NCBI GenBank assembly: GCA_037444185.1
Contig: JBBIMW010000002.1
Location: forward strand, 73,433-105,432
Direction: 5' to 3'
Source: Peptococcaceae bacterium
GTDB lineage: Bacteria; Bacillota; Desulfotomaculia; Desulfotomaculales; Desulfocucumaceae
Length of the DNA: 32,000 bases
Shown here: piece after piece, positions 17,404 to 26,125 of the stretch
Layout of the letters: each line of letters starts with the position of its first letter
Numbering within the stretch: position 1 is the first letter of the stretch
Program-made: the position numbers and the translations under genes
Notes under the pieces: generated by a model
Databases searched by the model: none
The model's input: only the letters and a program-made list of their open reading frames with translations
Told to the model about the DNA's origin: nothing

Positions 17404-19584
17404 CTAAACCAGTGGGTCCATGGTCAGGGCTGGATGTCCCATGTCCTTTAAAAAGGGCAGTATTTCTTCGCAGGTGACGCCGGTTTTTTCGTCGGCAATC
17501 TGATCTACGAAGCCTTTGCCAAGCCCCCATAACTCTTCCGCAGCCACCTCCAGCAAGGGCCGGAGCTGTTCTTTCAGATCCCGGGGCATCCAGATCAGAC
17601 GTCCCAGGCCTCCGTCAGCCGGGACAAATTTCCGGGAGGCCAGATATGATCTGGCGATACCCATAAAGCCGGGAACCTGCGCCCCGTTGCCAATCATGCC
17701 GGCAATGGCTGAAAAGGTCATGCCGGTGGGATTCATTCCCTGGTACTCACGGTGGACTGCGATGAAGCCGTTGCATTCCGGCACCACGGCCAGTATGCAG
17801 TCCAAACAGCTGGAGGAGGCCATCGGGTGTTCCATCAGGGTGTAAAGATTAACCTTGTCCATGGAGTGCTGTGAATTATTATATACAAACTCGTTGACGG
17901 CCTCCCACTGTCCCTTGATTTCATCTATTGTTCCTTCCTTCGGCACCGGCTGGTTTACGCCGCCGGGGTTGATTTCGCAGGCCGCCCTGGCATCCAGCCA
18001 GCTGACCGCGCCGCACTGGCCCGCGCGTTCAGGAGTTATGACGCACACATGGGCGGGGGCAACCGACTGGCAAAGTGTGCAGGAGTAGAATGTATCGACA
18101 ATTTCGTCCCTGAGGGCCTTTAAATGATCGTCCCGCTTTTTATAGAAACTGCGCGCCAGCTCCCGCATGTCCAAAACCTTTTGTTCATCGGTATATATGG
18201 TTACCTGGACGCGGTCGACTATTGCGGCAAATTCCGCCTTCAGCCTGGCATACAGTATGTTTCCGATGTGCCTCATACGGAAGCCCAGGGCGAAGGCATC
18301 CTTGCTGATCCTCATCCAAAGGGCGTCCCGGTGTCCGGTATGCCATAGTCCTTCACCGTGATTTATATAATAGTGGATACGCCGCTCCAGCACGGACTCA
18401 AAATCTTCCCTCATCCTGCGGCCGTATACATCCACCACTATGCCCAGTGGCATTGCGCCGCCCGGTTCCGCAGTGTCGGCATCGGGCCCGGCCACCGTGA
18501 CCTTCCCGTCCTCCACCTCTTCCGCCTTTGCCATCCGTACCAGTTCGAAGCCGGTGGTGCGTCCTCCGCCGAACTCAACCGCCAGATCGCTCTTCCTTAT
18601 GCTCTCGCCCTCGTAGGCCGGGTCAATCTCTATGGGCGCATCGATCCTGATGTTGGTTATTTTAATCTCCCGCAGCTCCATGCCCAGCTGAATCGCTTTG
18701 TCCAGTCCGGAGCAGGAGACAAACCAGTCTTCAATCCGCCTGTCGCTGGAAAGGGGTTGATCGGTTATGACCGGTATCCCCATACTGAGGGCCCCCATGC
18801 AAAGGGCCGTCTTGAAAGGGTCGTGCTTCCCCAGATAAAGTATAAATGACCGGATCCTCCGGCGCTGAAAATCCAGTTGGCCGTTCCTTTGCCCGGCTTC
18901 AACGCCTCCGATGATCGTCCCCGCCCGCAGAATGAAACTTGGGAATTGTATAGCCCGGCTAAAATCACCCAGGGGGTAGATCATGGAGTCTACGCCCGGA
19001 ATCAGCCCCGGGTCCGGCAATTGATCAATGACTCCGCCACACAGAAAAATCATAAATCCCATCCCGGCAAGCTTATCAATGGCGGCGGCCAGCTCCTTGG
19101 CGTCCCCGGCGCTACCCATAATCAGCACTTCGCCCGGGATGGTCCAGTCCGCCATTTTGATTCCGTACCGGCGTATCACGGAATCTCCCAGGAAACCTTC
19201 CGGGGCGGGAGTGTGCGGCAGACGGCGGACCGCGTCGATGATTTCGGCTGCGTACCATGCGGCCTCTCCGGCAAAAAGATAACCGTCAAGACACCGGGGA
19301 TCCTCCGCAAGTACGCTTTGCAAACGGGTCAAAACCGGTGCGCACTGTCCCAGGGTTTCTATTTTTTCGCCGCTCAAACTGTAGATTACAGGCAGATAAT
19401 AGGCGGTATCCGGATAGCCCACGGGCCGGTCCGCTCCATATTCGCCAATGGCCCGGTTTAAAAGGTGCACCGCCTGACCGACGGCGTCAATGGCGCCTGA
19501 ATAGGCGTCCTTTAATAGACCCTCCGGTTCCTGGCCCGGGATCATTGCCCCTTTTAAAAAGTCAAAATTCACATGCCCGGACAT
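17404..19584 (-). CDS. acsB: Full-length bacterial-type acetyl-CoA synthase (AcsB), with atypical A-cluster residues
   Basis: 726 aa; four [4Fe-4S] cysteines in 'CTLCQSVAPAHVCVITPERAGQC'; C-terminal 'GMTFSAIAGMIGNGAQVPGFMGIARSYLASRKF'; usual CGC replaced by SSC in 'PMASSSCLDCILAVVPECNG'. Confidence 0.92.
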   Translation of the reverse strand: MSGHVNFDFLKGAMIPGQEPEGLLKDAYSGAIDAVGQAVHLLNRAIGEYGADRPVGYPDTAYYLPVIYSLSGEKIETLGQCAPVLTRLQSVLAEDPRCLDGYLFAGEAAWYAAEIIDAVRRLPHTPAPEGFLGDSVIRRYGIKMADWTIPGEVLIMGSAGDAKELAAAIDKLAGMGFMIFLCGGVIDQLPDPGLIPGVDSMIYPLGDFSRAIQFPSFILRAGTIIGGVEAGQRNGQLDFQRRRIRSFILYLGKHDPFKTALCMGALSMGIPVITDQPLSSDRRIEDWFVSCSGLDKAIQLGMELREIKITNIRIDAPIEIDPAYEGESIRKSDLAVEFGGGRTTGFELVRMAKAEEVEDGKVTVAGPDADTAEPGGAMPLGIVVDVYGRRMREDFESVLERRIHYYINHGEGLWHTGHRDALWMRISKDAFALGFRMRHIGNILYARLKAEFAAIVDRVQVTIYTDEQKVLDMRELARSFYKKRDDHLKALRDEIVDTFYSCTLCQSVAPAHVCVITPERAGQCGAVSWLDARAACEINPGGVNQPVPKEGTIDEIKGQWEAVNEFVYNNSQHSMDKVNLYTLMEHPMASSSCLDCILAVVPECNGFIAVHREYQGMNPTGMTFSAIAGMIGNGAQVPGFMGIARSYLASRKFVPADGGLGRLIWMPRDLKEQLRPLLEVAAEELWGLGKGFVDQIADEKTGVTCEEILPFLKDMGHPALTMDPLV

Positions 19585-19625
19585 ATCAACTCCCCCTTAT
19601 TTAAACCGGCCGGATTGCGGGCAAA

Positions 19626-19668
19626 CAAAAAAAAAGCCCTGGCCCTAAGTCCAGGTGAACCCATAGGG
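19626..19668 (-). terminator. Terminator/attenuator-like hairpin between cdhD and acsB
   Basis: Minus-strand GCCCT...[CCTGG ACTTAGGG CCAGG]...GC followed by T8-9; alternative outer pairing GCCCT/AGGGC. Confidence 0.6.
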
Positions 19669-19735
19669 CCGAACGACAGCTAAACGGCAAAGCACACCAA
19701 GTGCCGGCCGGAAGGTATATTCATCTTTCACCGGC

Positions 19736-20659
19736 TCACACTTCAATTTGGCCTGTGGAAAACTGTCCGAGCAGTTTCTTGACCAGTTTCATACTGTCCG
19801 GTGATCCCACGACAGCCAGATTGGCTCCGGCCAAAAACATGGTCATGGCCGTTATGGCTTCCCAGAGTATGCCCTGCTGGTCATTTTCCTTGGCTTCCCT
19901 GGCTCTCCAGCATTCCCTGCCCAGGTTGGCGATGATGGGCATTTTCATCATGTCGTCTCCAAAGAGCACCGCCACCTGCTTAATGCGCTCCATTACCGAA
20001 AAGCTGTAGTCCATGCCATAACCCAGGGCCGACGACAGGGGGTCGATAACAATCCTTTCTTTGGGGAAAAACTTGGACAGTTTGATGTTCAGTTCTTTGG
20101 CCAGGTTTATGTCTATGGGGGTCTGGGCGATTAGCGCATGACCGTATTCCTGGGCCGCTTCCGCAATCTCCTTGTGGTTTTCTTTTAAAACAGGCCCCAA
20201 TAACAGCCCGTCACCGGCGCAAGCCCGGGCGACTTCTCTCAACACCAGGGTGTCTACGTCCTTCTCTCCGGTGCCGTATACAATCATGGGCGCCGGCAGG
20301 GCATCGCCGATTTCCTTGACCTTGGCCGCCAGCGCCGGCGCATCGGGCTCCCCTTCGGCGGCGGAGGCCAGATAAAGGCAAATCAAATCCGCCTTGTACA
20401 CTTCCAGGCATTTTTTAGCCCAGAGGACCGGAGAATTTACAACATCGCCAAAATGGGAGCGCAGGTGATCCGGCCAGGTTTCCGGCGGCGTGGTGTCCCA
20501 TACCTCCAGAGCCATCACCGGCAGCCGGGGCAGATTGCCCTCGAAGTTATGAAAAGGCAGCACTGCTTCCCCGCCAATGGTGGCCGACTTGCCCTCTTTT
20601 CCAATGGTAACTTCTTTAATGGCTCCTTTTGAAGCTTCCAGAAAATCTTTCAGTGGCAT
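19736..20659 (-). CDS. cdhD: Second CFeSP delta subunit / CdhD-type
   Basis: 307 aa; 'ATIGGEAVLPFHNFEGNLPRLPVMALEVWDTTP', 'IVIDPLSSALGYGMDYSFSVMERIKQ'; paralog of 14082..15032. Confidence 0.88.
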   Translation of the reverse strand: MPLKDFLEASKGAIKEVTIGKEGKSATIGGEAVLPFHNFEGNLPRLPVMALEVWDTTPPETWPDHLRSHFGDVVNSPVLWAKKCLEVYKADLICLYLASAAEGEPDAPALAAKVKEIGDALPAPMIVYGTGEKDVDTLVLREVARACAGDGLLLGPVLKENHKEIAEAAQEYGHALIAQTPIDINLAKELNIKLSKFFPKERIVIDPLSSALGYGMDYSFSVMERIKQVAVLFGDDMMKMPIIANLGRECWRAREAKENDQQGILWEAITAMTMFLAGANLAVVGSPDSMKLVKKLLGQFSTGQIEV

Positions 20660-20678
20660 CTTTGCTCCTCCCTTAAAC

Positions 20679-21551
20679 CTAAATCTCCAGCCAAGAATGG
20701 GAATATAACACCCTTCCCATTAAAACATTGACCGTTTTTACCAGGGCGGCCTCGTGGGGGGGCAAATCCGCCGGATTGATTTCCTCGTCCATGGCCCGGT
20801 AGATTAAATCCACATCCGCCTGTTTTTCTCCCCGCATCAGTGCCACCATCTCGCTGTCGAAGCTGTCCACAATGGCCGAATACAAGCCGTGCCTTTGCAG
20901 TATCACCAGTTCTATACGGTTCAATATGCCTCTCAAATGGTGGGGCGCCCCGTTGGACATATTGGACAGCCCCAGGGTTGACTTGGCTCCCGGGGCAATA
21001 TCCGGCAGCATGTCCATGAACTCCATCAGCTCAACCACCTGGGGCTGATCCACCCCTATGGGCATCATAATGGGATCCACCCAGATGTTTTCGTTGTCAA
21101 TTCCAATCTCATTGGCGTAGGCAATGGTCTCCATAATGGCCTCGGCCCTTGATGCCGCATCGGAAGGGATGCCCTTGTCGGTCAATACAGATATTATGAC
21201 ATCACAGTTGTACTTTGCGGCCAGGGGAAGCATATCCCTTTTACTGTCTTCCCGGCCGGAGGCGGAATTAATTAGGGGCCTTTTTTTGCAGACCGCAAGA
21301 CCCGCTTCCATCGCCACGGGGTTCAAGGTATCCAGTGACAGCGGCGAATCCACAACTTCCTGCACAGTTTCCACCAGCCAGCGCATAACGTCAGGATCCT
21401 TTCTTGCCGGCCCGACATTTAAATCAATATAGTCCGCTCCCGCCTCGGCCTGTTTTTTGGCCAAGTCCTGCAGGGGAAGGGGATTGCGCTGCTTAATGGC
21501 CTCGGACACCTCATTGGACAGAATATGAATATTCTCTCCAATTAAAATCAT
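20679..21551 (-). CDS. Second AcsE/MtrH-like pterin-binding methyltransferase
   Basis: 'MILIGENIHILSNEVSEAI', 'AEAGADYIDLNVGPARKDPD', 'NIWVDPIMMPIGVDQ', 'KSTLGLSNMSNG'; ATG 21551 has an upstream GGGGG; the track start is 21587. Confidence 0.82.
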   Translation of the reverse strand: MILIGENIHILSNEVSEAIKQRNPLPLQDLAKKQAEAGADYIDLNVGPARKDPDVMRWLVETVQEVVDSPLSLDTLNPVAMEAGLAVCKKRPLINSASGREDSKRDMLPLAAKYNCDVIISVLTDKGIPSDAASRAEAIMETIAYANEIGIDNENIWVDPIMMPIGVDQPQVVELMEFMDMLPDIAPGAKSTLGLSNMSNGAPHHLRGILNRIELVILQRHGLYSAIVDSFDSEMVALMRGEKQADVDLIYRAMDEEINPADLPPHEAALVKTVNVLMGRVLYSHSWLEI

Positions 21552-21641
21552 ATTACTAACCCCCTCTGTATTTATAGCATCTTCCATTTAACGGCCGCGG
21601 CCGGTGTCCGCCATTTGCGGCGCCGCGCCACGGTATCCCCG

Positions 21642-21686
21642 GTGTATCCGGCACCCATCCGCCCTATGGCCCGATGGGTGCCGGAT
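21642..21686. repeat. 16-bp perfect inverted repeat (intergenic hairpin) between cdhE and the methyltransferase gene
   Basis: gtatccggcacccatc (21642-21657) / gatgggtgccggatac (21671-21686), 13-nt loop, no downstream T-run. Confidence 0.9.
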
Positions 21687-21716
21687 ACGTTGTTCATTTA
21701 ACCCGTCCCGGGGCGC

Positions 21717-23090
21717 TTATGCCGTCTCGGCCTTCCATTTGCTGGTCAGCTTGGTCATAAAGGCGGGCACCTCTTCTGCGTACTTGGGACCAACTATAAT
21801 CTCCCAGCCGGGCAGCTCATCCTCTATTTCGCCCTTGAGCCTGGCCGCCAGACCTGGAATGATCAGCCTCTTTTTCTTCAGCGTGTTTTCCAGACCGCTT
21901 TTCTTGATGAAGGGGCCGATGGTTTCACCGACGAATTTGCCCGTTGACCAGGCCGCCAGAATACACAGTCCGTCTGCCCCCTTTACGCCGACGTAGCCGG
22001 GAACTTTGCTGGACTCCACGCCGTTGGCCACCGCGAAATAGGTCAGGGCGAAGTTGGTGGTAAGGAACACCGGGGACTCTTCCGTCGGCCCGCCGATTTC
22101 ATAAACCTTCTCCTCCACAGCCAGCGGCACCCGCGGATCTGTGTAGATGTTGAGCCGGTGCACCAGAAGGGGGAACAGCGTCTCTTTGTGCAGGTCATTG
22201 AGCACTATAATGGACGCATATTTGACTACCAGGGCGGAAGCCGTCAGCGCCTCCTCCATGGCGTCCTCCGCCTGGAGGGGCAGCAGGGAAATAATCGGAT
22301 ATCCCAGGGGCCTGTAGCTGTGGGTGAGGGCAGCCCGCCTGGCCAAAGTGTAATCCCTAATCGCCTCTTGCATATCCCGGGGTGATGAGTCTATAACAAC
22401 CTCTGTAATGCCGGCGGCTTTCAGTTGGGCGGTCAGCAGTCCGACTTCTTCCAGACCCCGGCCCCTCACCGCCACAGGCACCGCCTTTTCCTTCAGAGCC
22501 GGCAGTGCATCCCCTATATTATCCTTGGTTATGGGATACAGCAGCGGCTTCTGATCGGCGGCCAGATCCCTGGCGGCCATAAGCACCTCCAGGTTTTCAC
22601 TCATCAGTATCATGGGAAGATTTTCCCGGGCCGCCCTGGATACCAGGGACAGGTATCTGTCTCTGTCGCCGCCCTCGAATTTGACGGCAATCATGTCCGC
22701 CCTGAGTTTGATGGCAACCCATTCAAACTGTAATTCTTTTATTTTTTTCAATTTTGCTTCCACAGTCTGGTCGTCGTCTTTGTCGGTTATCAGCACGGCA
22801 AAACCGGGGGGGCGGAAAAATGTCTTTTCATGACGATAGATTACTTCCTCCTCCCCTATGACCAAAGCCCCTTCACCTGTGCCGACGGTCACCAGCCTTA
22901 TGGGCGGCGTAATGGCGTCTATAACCCACTCTTTCACTTCCGGCTCAATTTCCGGACATTTATCCGGGGACACCCCACCGGCCAGCAGTTTCATGGCAAA
23001 GGCCAGACAAGTGGGTAAACCGCACTTTTTACAGTTTTTCTTGCCTCCCCCGGGTAGTTTTTTCTGTATATCGGATGCTTTTACAGGCAT
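21717..23090 (-). CDS. cdhE: Second CFeSP gamma subunit / CdhE-type
   Basis: 457 aa; 'GGGKKNCKKCGLPTCLAFAMKLLAGG', 'LTTNFALTYFAVANGVESSKVPGYV'. Confidence 0.9.
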   Translation of the reverse strand: MPVKASDIQKKLPGGGKKNCKKCGLPTCLAFAMKLLAGGVSPDKCPEIEPEVKEWVIDAITPPIRLVTVGTGEGALVIGEEEVIYRHEKTFFRPPGFAVLITDKDDDQTVEAKLKKIKELQFEWVAIKLRADMIAVKFEGGDRDRYLSLVSRAARENLPMILMSENLEVLMAARDLAADQKPLLYPITKDNIGDALPALKEKAVPVAVRGRGLEEVGLLTAQLKAAGITEVVIDSSPRDMQEAIRDYTLARRAALTHSYRPLGYPIISLLPLQAEDAMEEALTASALVVKYASIIVLNDLHKETLFPLLVHRLNIYTDPRVPLAVEEKVYEIGGPTEESPVFLTTNFALTYFAVANGVESSKVPGYVGVKGADGLCILAAWSTGKFVGETIGPFIKKSGLENTLKKKRLIIPGLAARLKGEIEDELPGWEIIVGPKYAEEVPAFMTKLTSKWKAETA

Positions 23091-23107
23091 TATTAAACTC
23101 CTCCCGT

Positions 23108-24307
23108 TCAGCCCACCATAAGAGGATGCTCCACTTTCTGGAGAAACTCAACCAGTTCGTCTACATTCTTTACATCCTCTTCGGTGGCGATTTTGCCGTA
23201 CAAGTCCTCGGGAATGGCGTCCTTGACCTCTTCCTTGATGGCTTTGGGCAGCCATACCACCCTTTGCCAGCCTCCGTCGCTGATTATAAATTTTGGCGAC
23301 TTCAGGTAGGATACGGCCATCCCCAGAAAGCCCTCCTGCTGCCGGCCGCCGCTGGCTTCCCCGGCCATATTGGAAAAGCGGTTGCCCATTACGGTGTCCC
23401 CGACAAAGTCCCGGTGAACGATTCCGAAACCATCCACCTCGGGTATATAAAAACAGATGGACTGGAAGCATCCGCAGGCGGTATGAGGATTTTCCAGGGC
23501 GCTGTGCAGGTAGTATACCGAGTTCCGGCCCAGGGACCTTTGTGCCACCACATCGTTGACTCCGCTATAGACATGCTTTTCCGGATCCAGCATCTCGCCT
23601 TTCTCTACAGCGAATATGCCTCCCTCCGGATCGATCTTGTAGGCGGCCCTCCCGTCCAGCCAGCTGATGGCGCCGCACAATGACATCCTCTCAGGGGTGA
23701 TGATGCATACATGGGTGGGGGCAAAGCTCTGACAAAGGACGCAGCCGTAAAATTCCTCCACTTCTTCCTCGGTCATGCCTTTCAGCCTGTCATCCCTGCC
23801 TTGGTAAATGGGTCTGGCGTTCAGTACCTTTTCTTTCACCAGTTCCGGATCAGTTATAAATGTAACCTGCATCTTTTCAATGATGGGCAGTTCGTTGGAA
23901 AAAAGCATAATCAGTATTTGACCGACTTCATTCAGGGAGTTCAGGCCTTTTTGGACGGCTTCCTTGTGGATCCTGAGCCAGATATGATCCCTCTGGGCCA
24001 TATGCCAGAAACCTTCGATATAGTTGCTGTAAACGTGAATGCGGCGTTCGAAAACCGGCTCCATGTCCTTTTCCAGTTCCTCTCCGGACACCTCCACGCT
24101 GATGAATAGCGGGTAAGTCTTCCCCTGCTCCATATCCATAATGTCCGGGCCGATTATCTCCACCTTCTCGTGTTCCACTTCATCCGCCGGCTTGATGGTA
24201 ACCAGCTCGGCCTTGTACTCGCACTGGGGCCCGCCGAATTCCACATAATAATCGGCTTTCCTGATAGCTTCTCCTTCATACTGGGGCCCTACATCTACAG
24301 AAAACAT
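23108..24307 (-). CDS. cdhC: Short archaeal-type acetyl-CoA decarbonylase/synthase beta subunit (CdhC), lacking the AcsB N-terminal domain
   Basis: 399 aa; 'VDVGPQYEGEAIRKADYYVEFGGPQ', 'CVLCQSFAPTHVCIITPERMSLC', intact 'PHTACGCFQSICF'. Confidence 0.92.
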   Translation of the reverse strand: MFSVDVGPQYEGEAIRKADYYVEFGGPQCEYKAELVTIKPADEVEHEKVEIIGPDIMDMEQGKTYPLFISVEVSGEELEKDMEPVFERRIHVYSNYIEGFWHMAQRDHIWLRIHKEAVQKGLNSLNEVGQILIMLFSNELPIIEKMQVTFITDPELVKEKVLNARPIYQGRDDRLKGMTEEEVEEFYGCVLCQSFAPTHVCIITPERMSLCGAISWLDGRAAYKIDPEGGIFAVEKGEMLDPEKHVYSGVNDVVAQRSLGRNSVYYLHSALENPHTACGCFQSICFYIPEVDGFGIVHRDFVGDTVMGNRFSNMAGEASGGRQQEGFLGMAVSYLKSPKFIISDGGWQRVVWLPKAIKEEVKDAIPEDLYGKIATEEDVKNVDELVEFLQKVEHPLMVG

Positions 24308-24642
24308 GTTTATTCTGGCTTCCGAAAACTGAACAAATCAGATTCATCCAGCATTCTTTCCCGCCGACCAACGGGAGGCAGTGTCACAGCCCTTGCCCGC
24401 GGGGCCGCCGCACCACCGCCTGACTGCCGCGCCCGCCAAAAACGGGGCGCTGTCTGCAGCCTGGCCGCTGTTTGCGGCAACGGGCCGTCTTTTAGTGTGC
24501 ATCTGCGCCGGCACTTTTACCTCCGCTGACAGTTGTCACCGTGCCACTGCCGGGAAACCAGGCCTGACACCTCCTGTTTTTTTATTTTTTATATCTGCCG
24601 TTGCTTACTCTGCTCACATTTTGTTCGATACGCGGCTTCTAT

Positions 24643-25344
24643 TCAGTTTTTTGCATTCAATGCCTCTTCCACCGCCTGTTTGGTCATCAGCCCCGCATGA
24701 CGCATCAGCGTGTCGCCGATTTCAGGATCCATGGTCATGGTGGCAGTGCATGGATGGGCGTGGCTCAGGAGCCCTGACTGCTCCACCGCATCCTTGACCG
24801 GCACCCCCACCAGGTTTTTGGCCACGTACCTGGTATTTCCGCAGGGCGCATCCCGCAGAACCTTCACCTCACTTATTTTGTCTTTTGTCACATATATTTC
24901 CACCTTCGGCCGACCGAAGTAGCGGGTGAACATCTGCACATGGGGGTTGGAGCTGTCATTTTCCGTTATCGAGCAAAAAACCAGCGGATGGAGCATTTCA
25001 ATCCCTTTGGCGGCCAGCTTCTTTTTAATTTGCCTGGCCAGTCCCGAAGGGAGATGGGCTTTATTGTCAATGGGCGCGATAACCGCCCTGGCCCCGGTCA
25101 TTTTAACCAGGTCCGGCGCCATTTCAGCCACCACCGGCTCCTCCTGCAGCATCAGCAGCAGGTCGGCGCCGGGCAACCCCGGAGGCAGCAAATCTTCCCA
25201 CGAGTCATCCACCCCCAGCGATATTTTTGGAGGAAAAGCATGGTGGTGGATCTCCCACTCCTGAGGGCCGTAGTTTTTCAGCGCTTCGACGTACCGGCGG
25301 CCGTAATCGCCCTGGATTACCAGAAGAATCTTCAGCCGTCTCAG
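24643..25344 (-). CDS. DUF166-like protein, copy 2, probable CTG start
   Basis: The track gives 24643..25212 (GTG). Codons upstream to CTG 25342-25344 encode LRRLKILLVIQGDYGRRYVEALKNYGPQEWEIHHHAFPPKISLG, colinear with copy 1 and giving exactly 233 aa. Family name is from recall. Confidence 0.7.
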   Translation of the reverse strand: MRRLKILLVIQGDYGRRYVEALKNYGPQEWEIHHHAFPPKISLGVDDSWEDLLPPGLPGADLLLMLQEEPVVAEMAPDLVKMTGARAVIAPIDNKAHLPSGLARQIKKKLAAKGIEMLHPLVFCSITENDSSNPHVQMFTRYFGRPKVEIYVTKDKISEVKVLRDAPCGNTRYVAKNLVGVPVKDAVEQSGLLSHAHPCTATMTMDPEIGDTLMRHAGLMTKQAVEEALNAKN

Positions 25345-25407
25345 CCCCCTCCCGTCCGCCGGTCATGTCGGCGGCCCGATAACAGATTTTTTACCAAGGC
25401 CCCCTAT

Positions 25408-26109
25408 TCAGTTTTTGCTTTTTAGGGCTTCCTCCACCGCCTGCTTGGTCATCAGTCCCGCATGATGCATCAATGTGTCGCCAATCTCGGGATCCATAGT
25501 CATGGTGGCCGTGCAGGGATGGGCATGATGTAGAAGCCCGGACTGTTCCACTGCGTCCTTGACGGGTATCCCTGCCAGATTTTTGGCCACGTACCTGGTA
25601 TTCCCGCAGGGCGCCTCCCGCAGAATCTTCACCTCACTCACCTTGTCTTTTTCCACGGTTATCTCCAGCTCCGGCCGGCCGAAGTAACGAACAAAGTCCT
25701 GTATATAGGGGTTTTGGCTGTCCTTTTCCGTGATGGAGCAAAAAACCAGCGGATGAATCATTTCAACTCCTTTGGCGGCCAGTTTCTTTTTAATTTGCCT
25801 GGCCAGCCCCGAAGGAAGATAGGCCTTGTTGTCGATGGGGGCTATAACCGCCCTGGCCCCGGTCATTTTAACCAGGTCCGGGGTCATTTCAGCCACCACC
25901 GGCTCCTCCTGCAGCATCAGCAGCAGATCGCACTGGGGCAAATCAGGGGGCAATAAATCTTCCCAGGAATCATCCACTCCCAGCGATATTTTTGCGGGAA
26001 AAGCATGGTGGTGGATCTCCCATTCCGGCGGGCCGTAGTTTTTCAGCGTTTCGACATACTTGCGGCCGTAGTCACCCTGGATTACCAGAAGAATTCTCAA
26101 CTGTTTCAC
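25408..26109 (-). CDS. DUF166-like protein, copy 1
   Basis: 233 aa; 'MKQLRILLVIQGDYGRKYVETL...', 'REAPCGNTRYVAKNLAGIPVKDAVEQSGLLHHAHPCTATM'; GTG start. Confidence 0.75.
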   Translation of the reverse strand: MKQLRILLVIQGDYGRKYVETLKNYGPPEWEIHHHAFPAKISLGVDDSWEDLLPPDLPQCDLLLMLQEEPVVAEMTPDLVKMTGARAVIAPIDNKAYLPSGLARQIKKKLAAKGVEMIHPLVFCSITEKDSQNPYIQDFVRYFGRPELEITVEKDKVSEVKILREAPCGNTRYVAKNLAGIPVKDAVEQSGLLHHAHPCTATMTMDPEIGDTLMHHAGLMTKQAVEEALKSKN

Positions 26110-26125
26110 CCCCTTTTTTTGTCAG

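Noticed and set aside
24541-24580. Weak resemblance to the 3' part of a cobalamin riboswitch on the plus strand (gccactgccgggaa...ggcctgacacct)
   Set aside because: The upstream conserved core elements were not found, no plus-strand gene follows, and the B12-box match is poor; a cmscan against the Rfam Cobalamin model would settle it
24643-25212. DUF166-like copy 2 as an N-terminally truncated pseudogene
   Set aside because: Upstream codons remain in frame and homologous to copy 1 for 44 residues up to a CTG, giving identical total length; alternative start codon usage is the simpler reading
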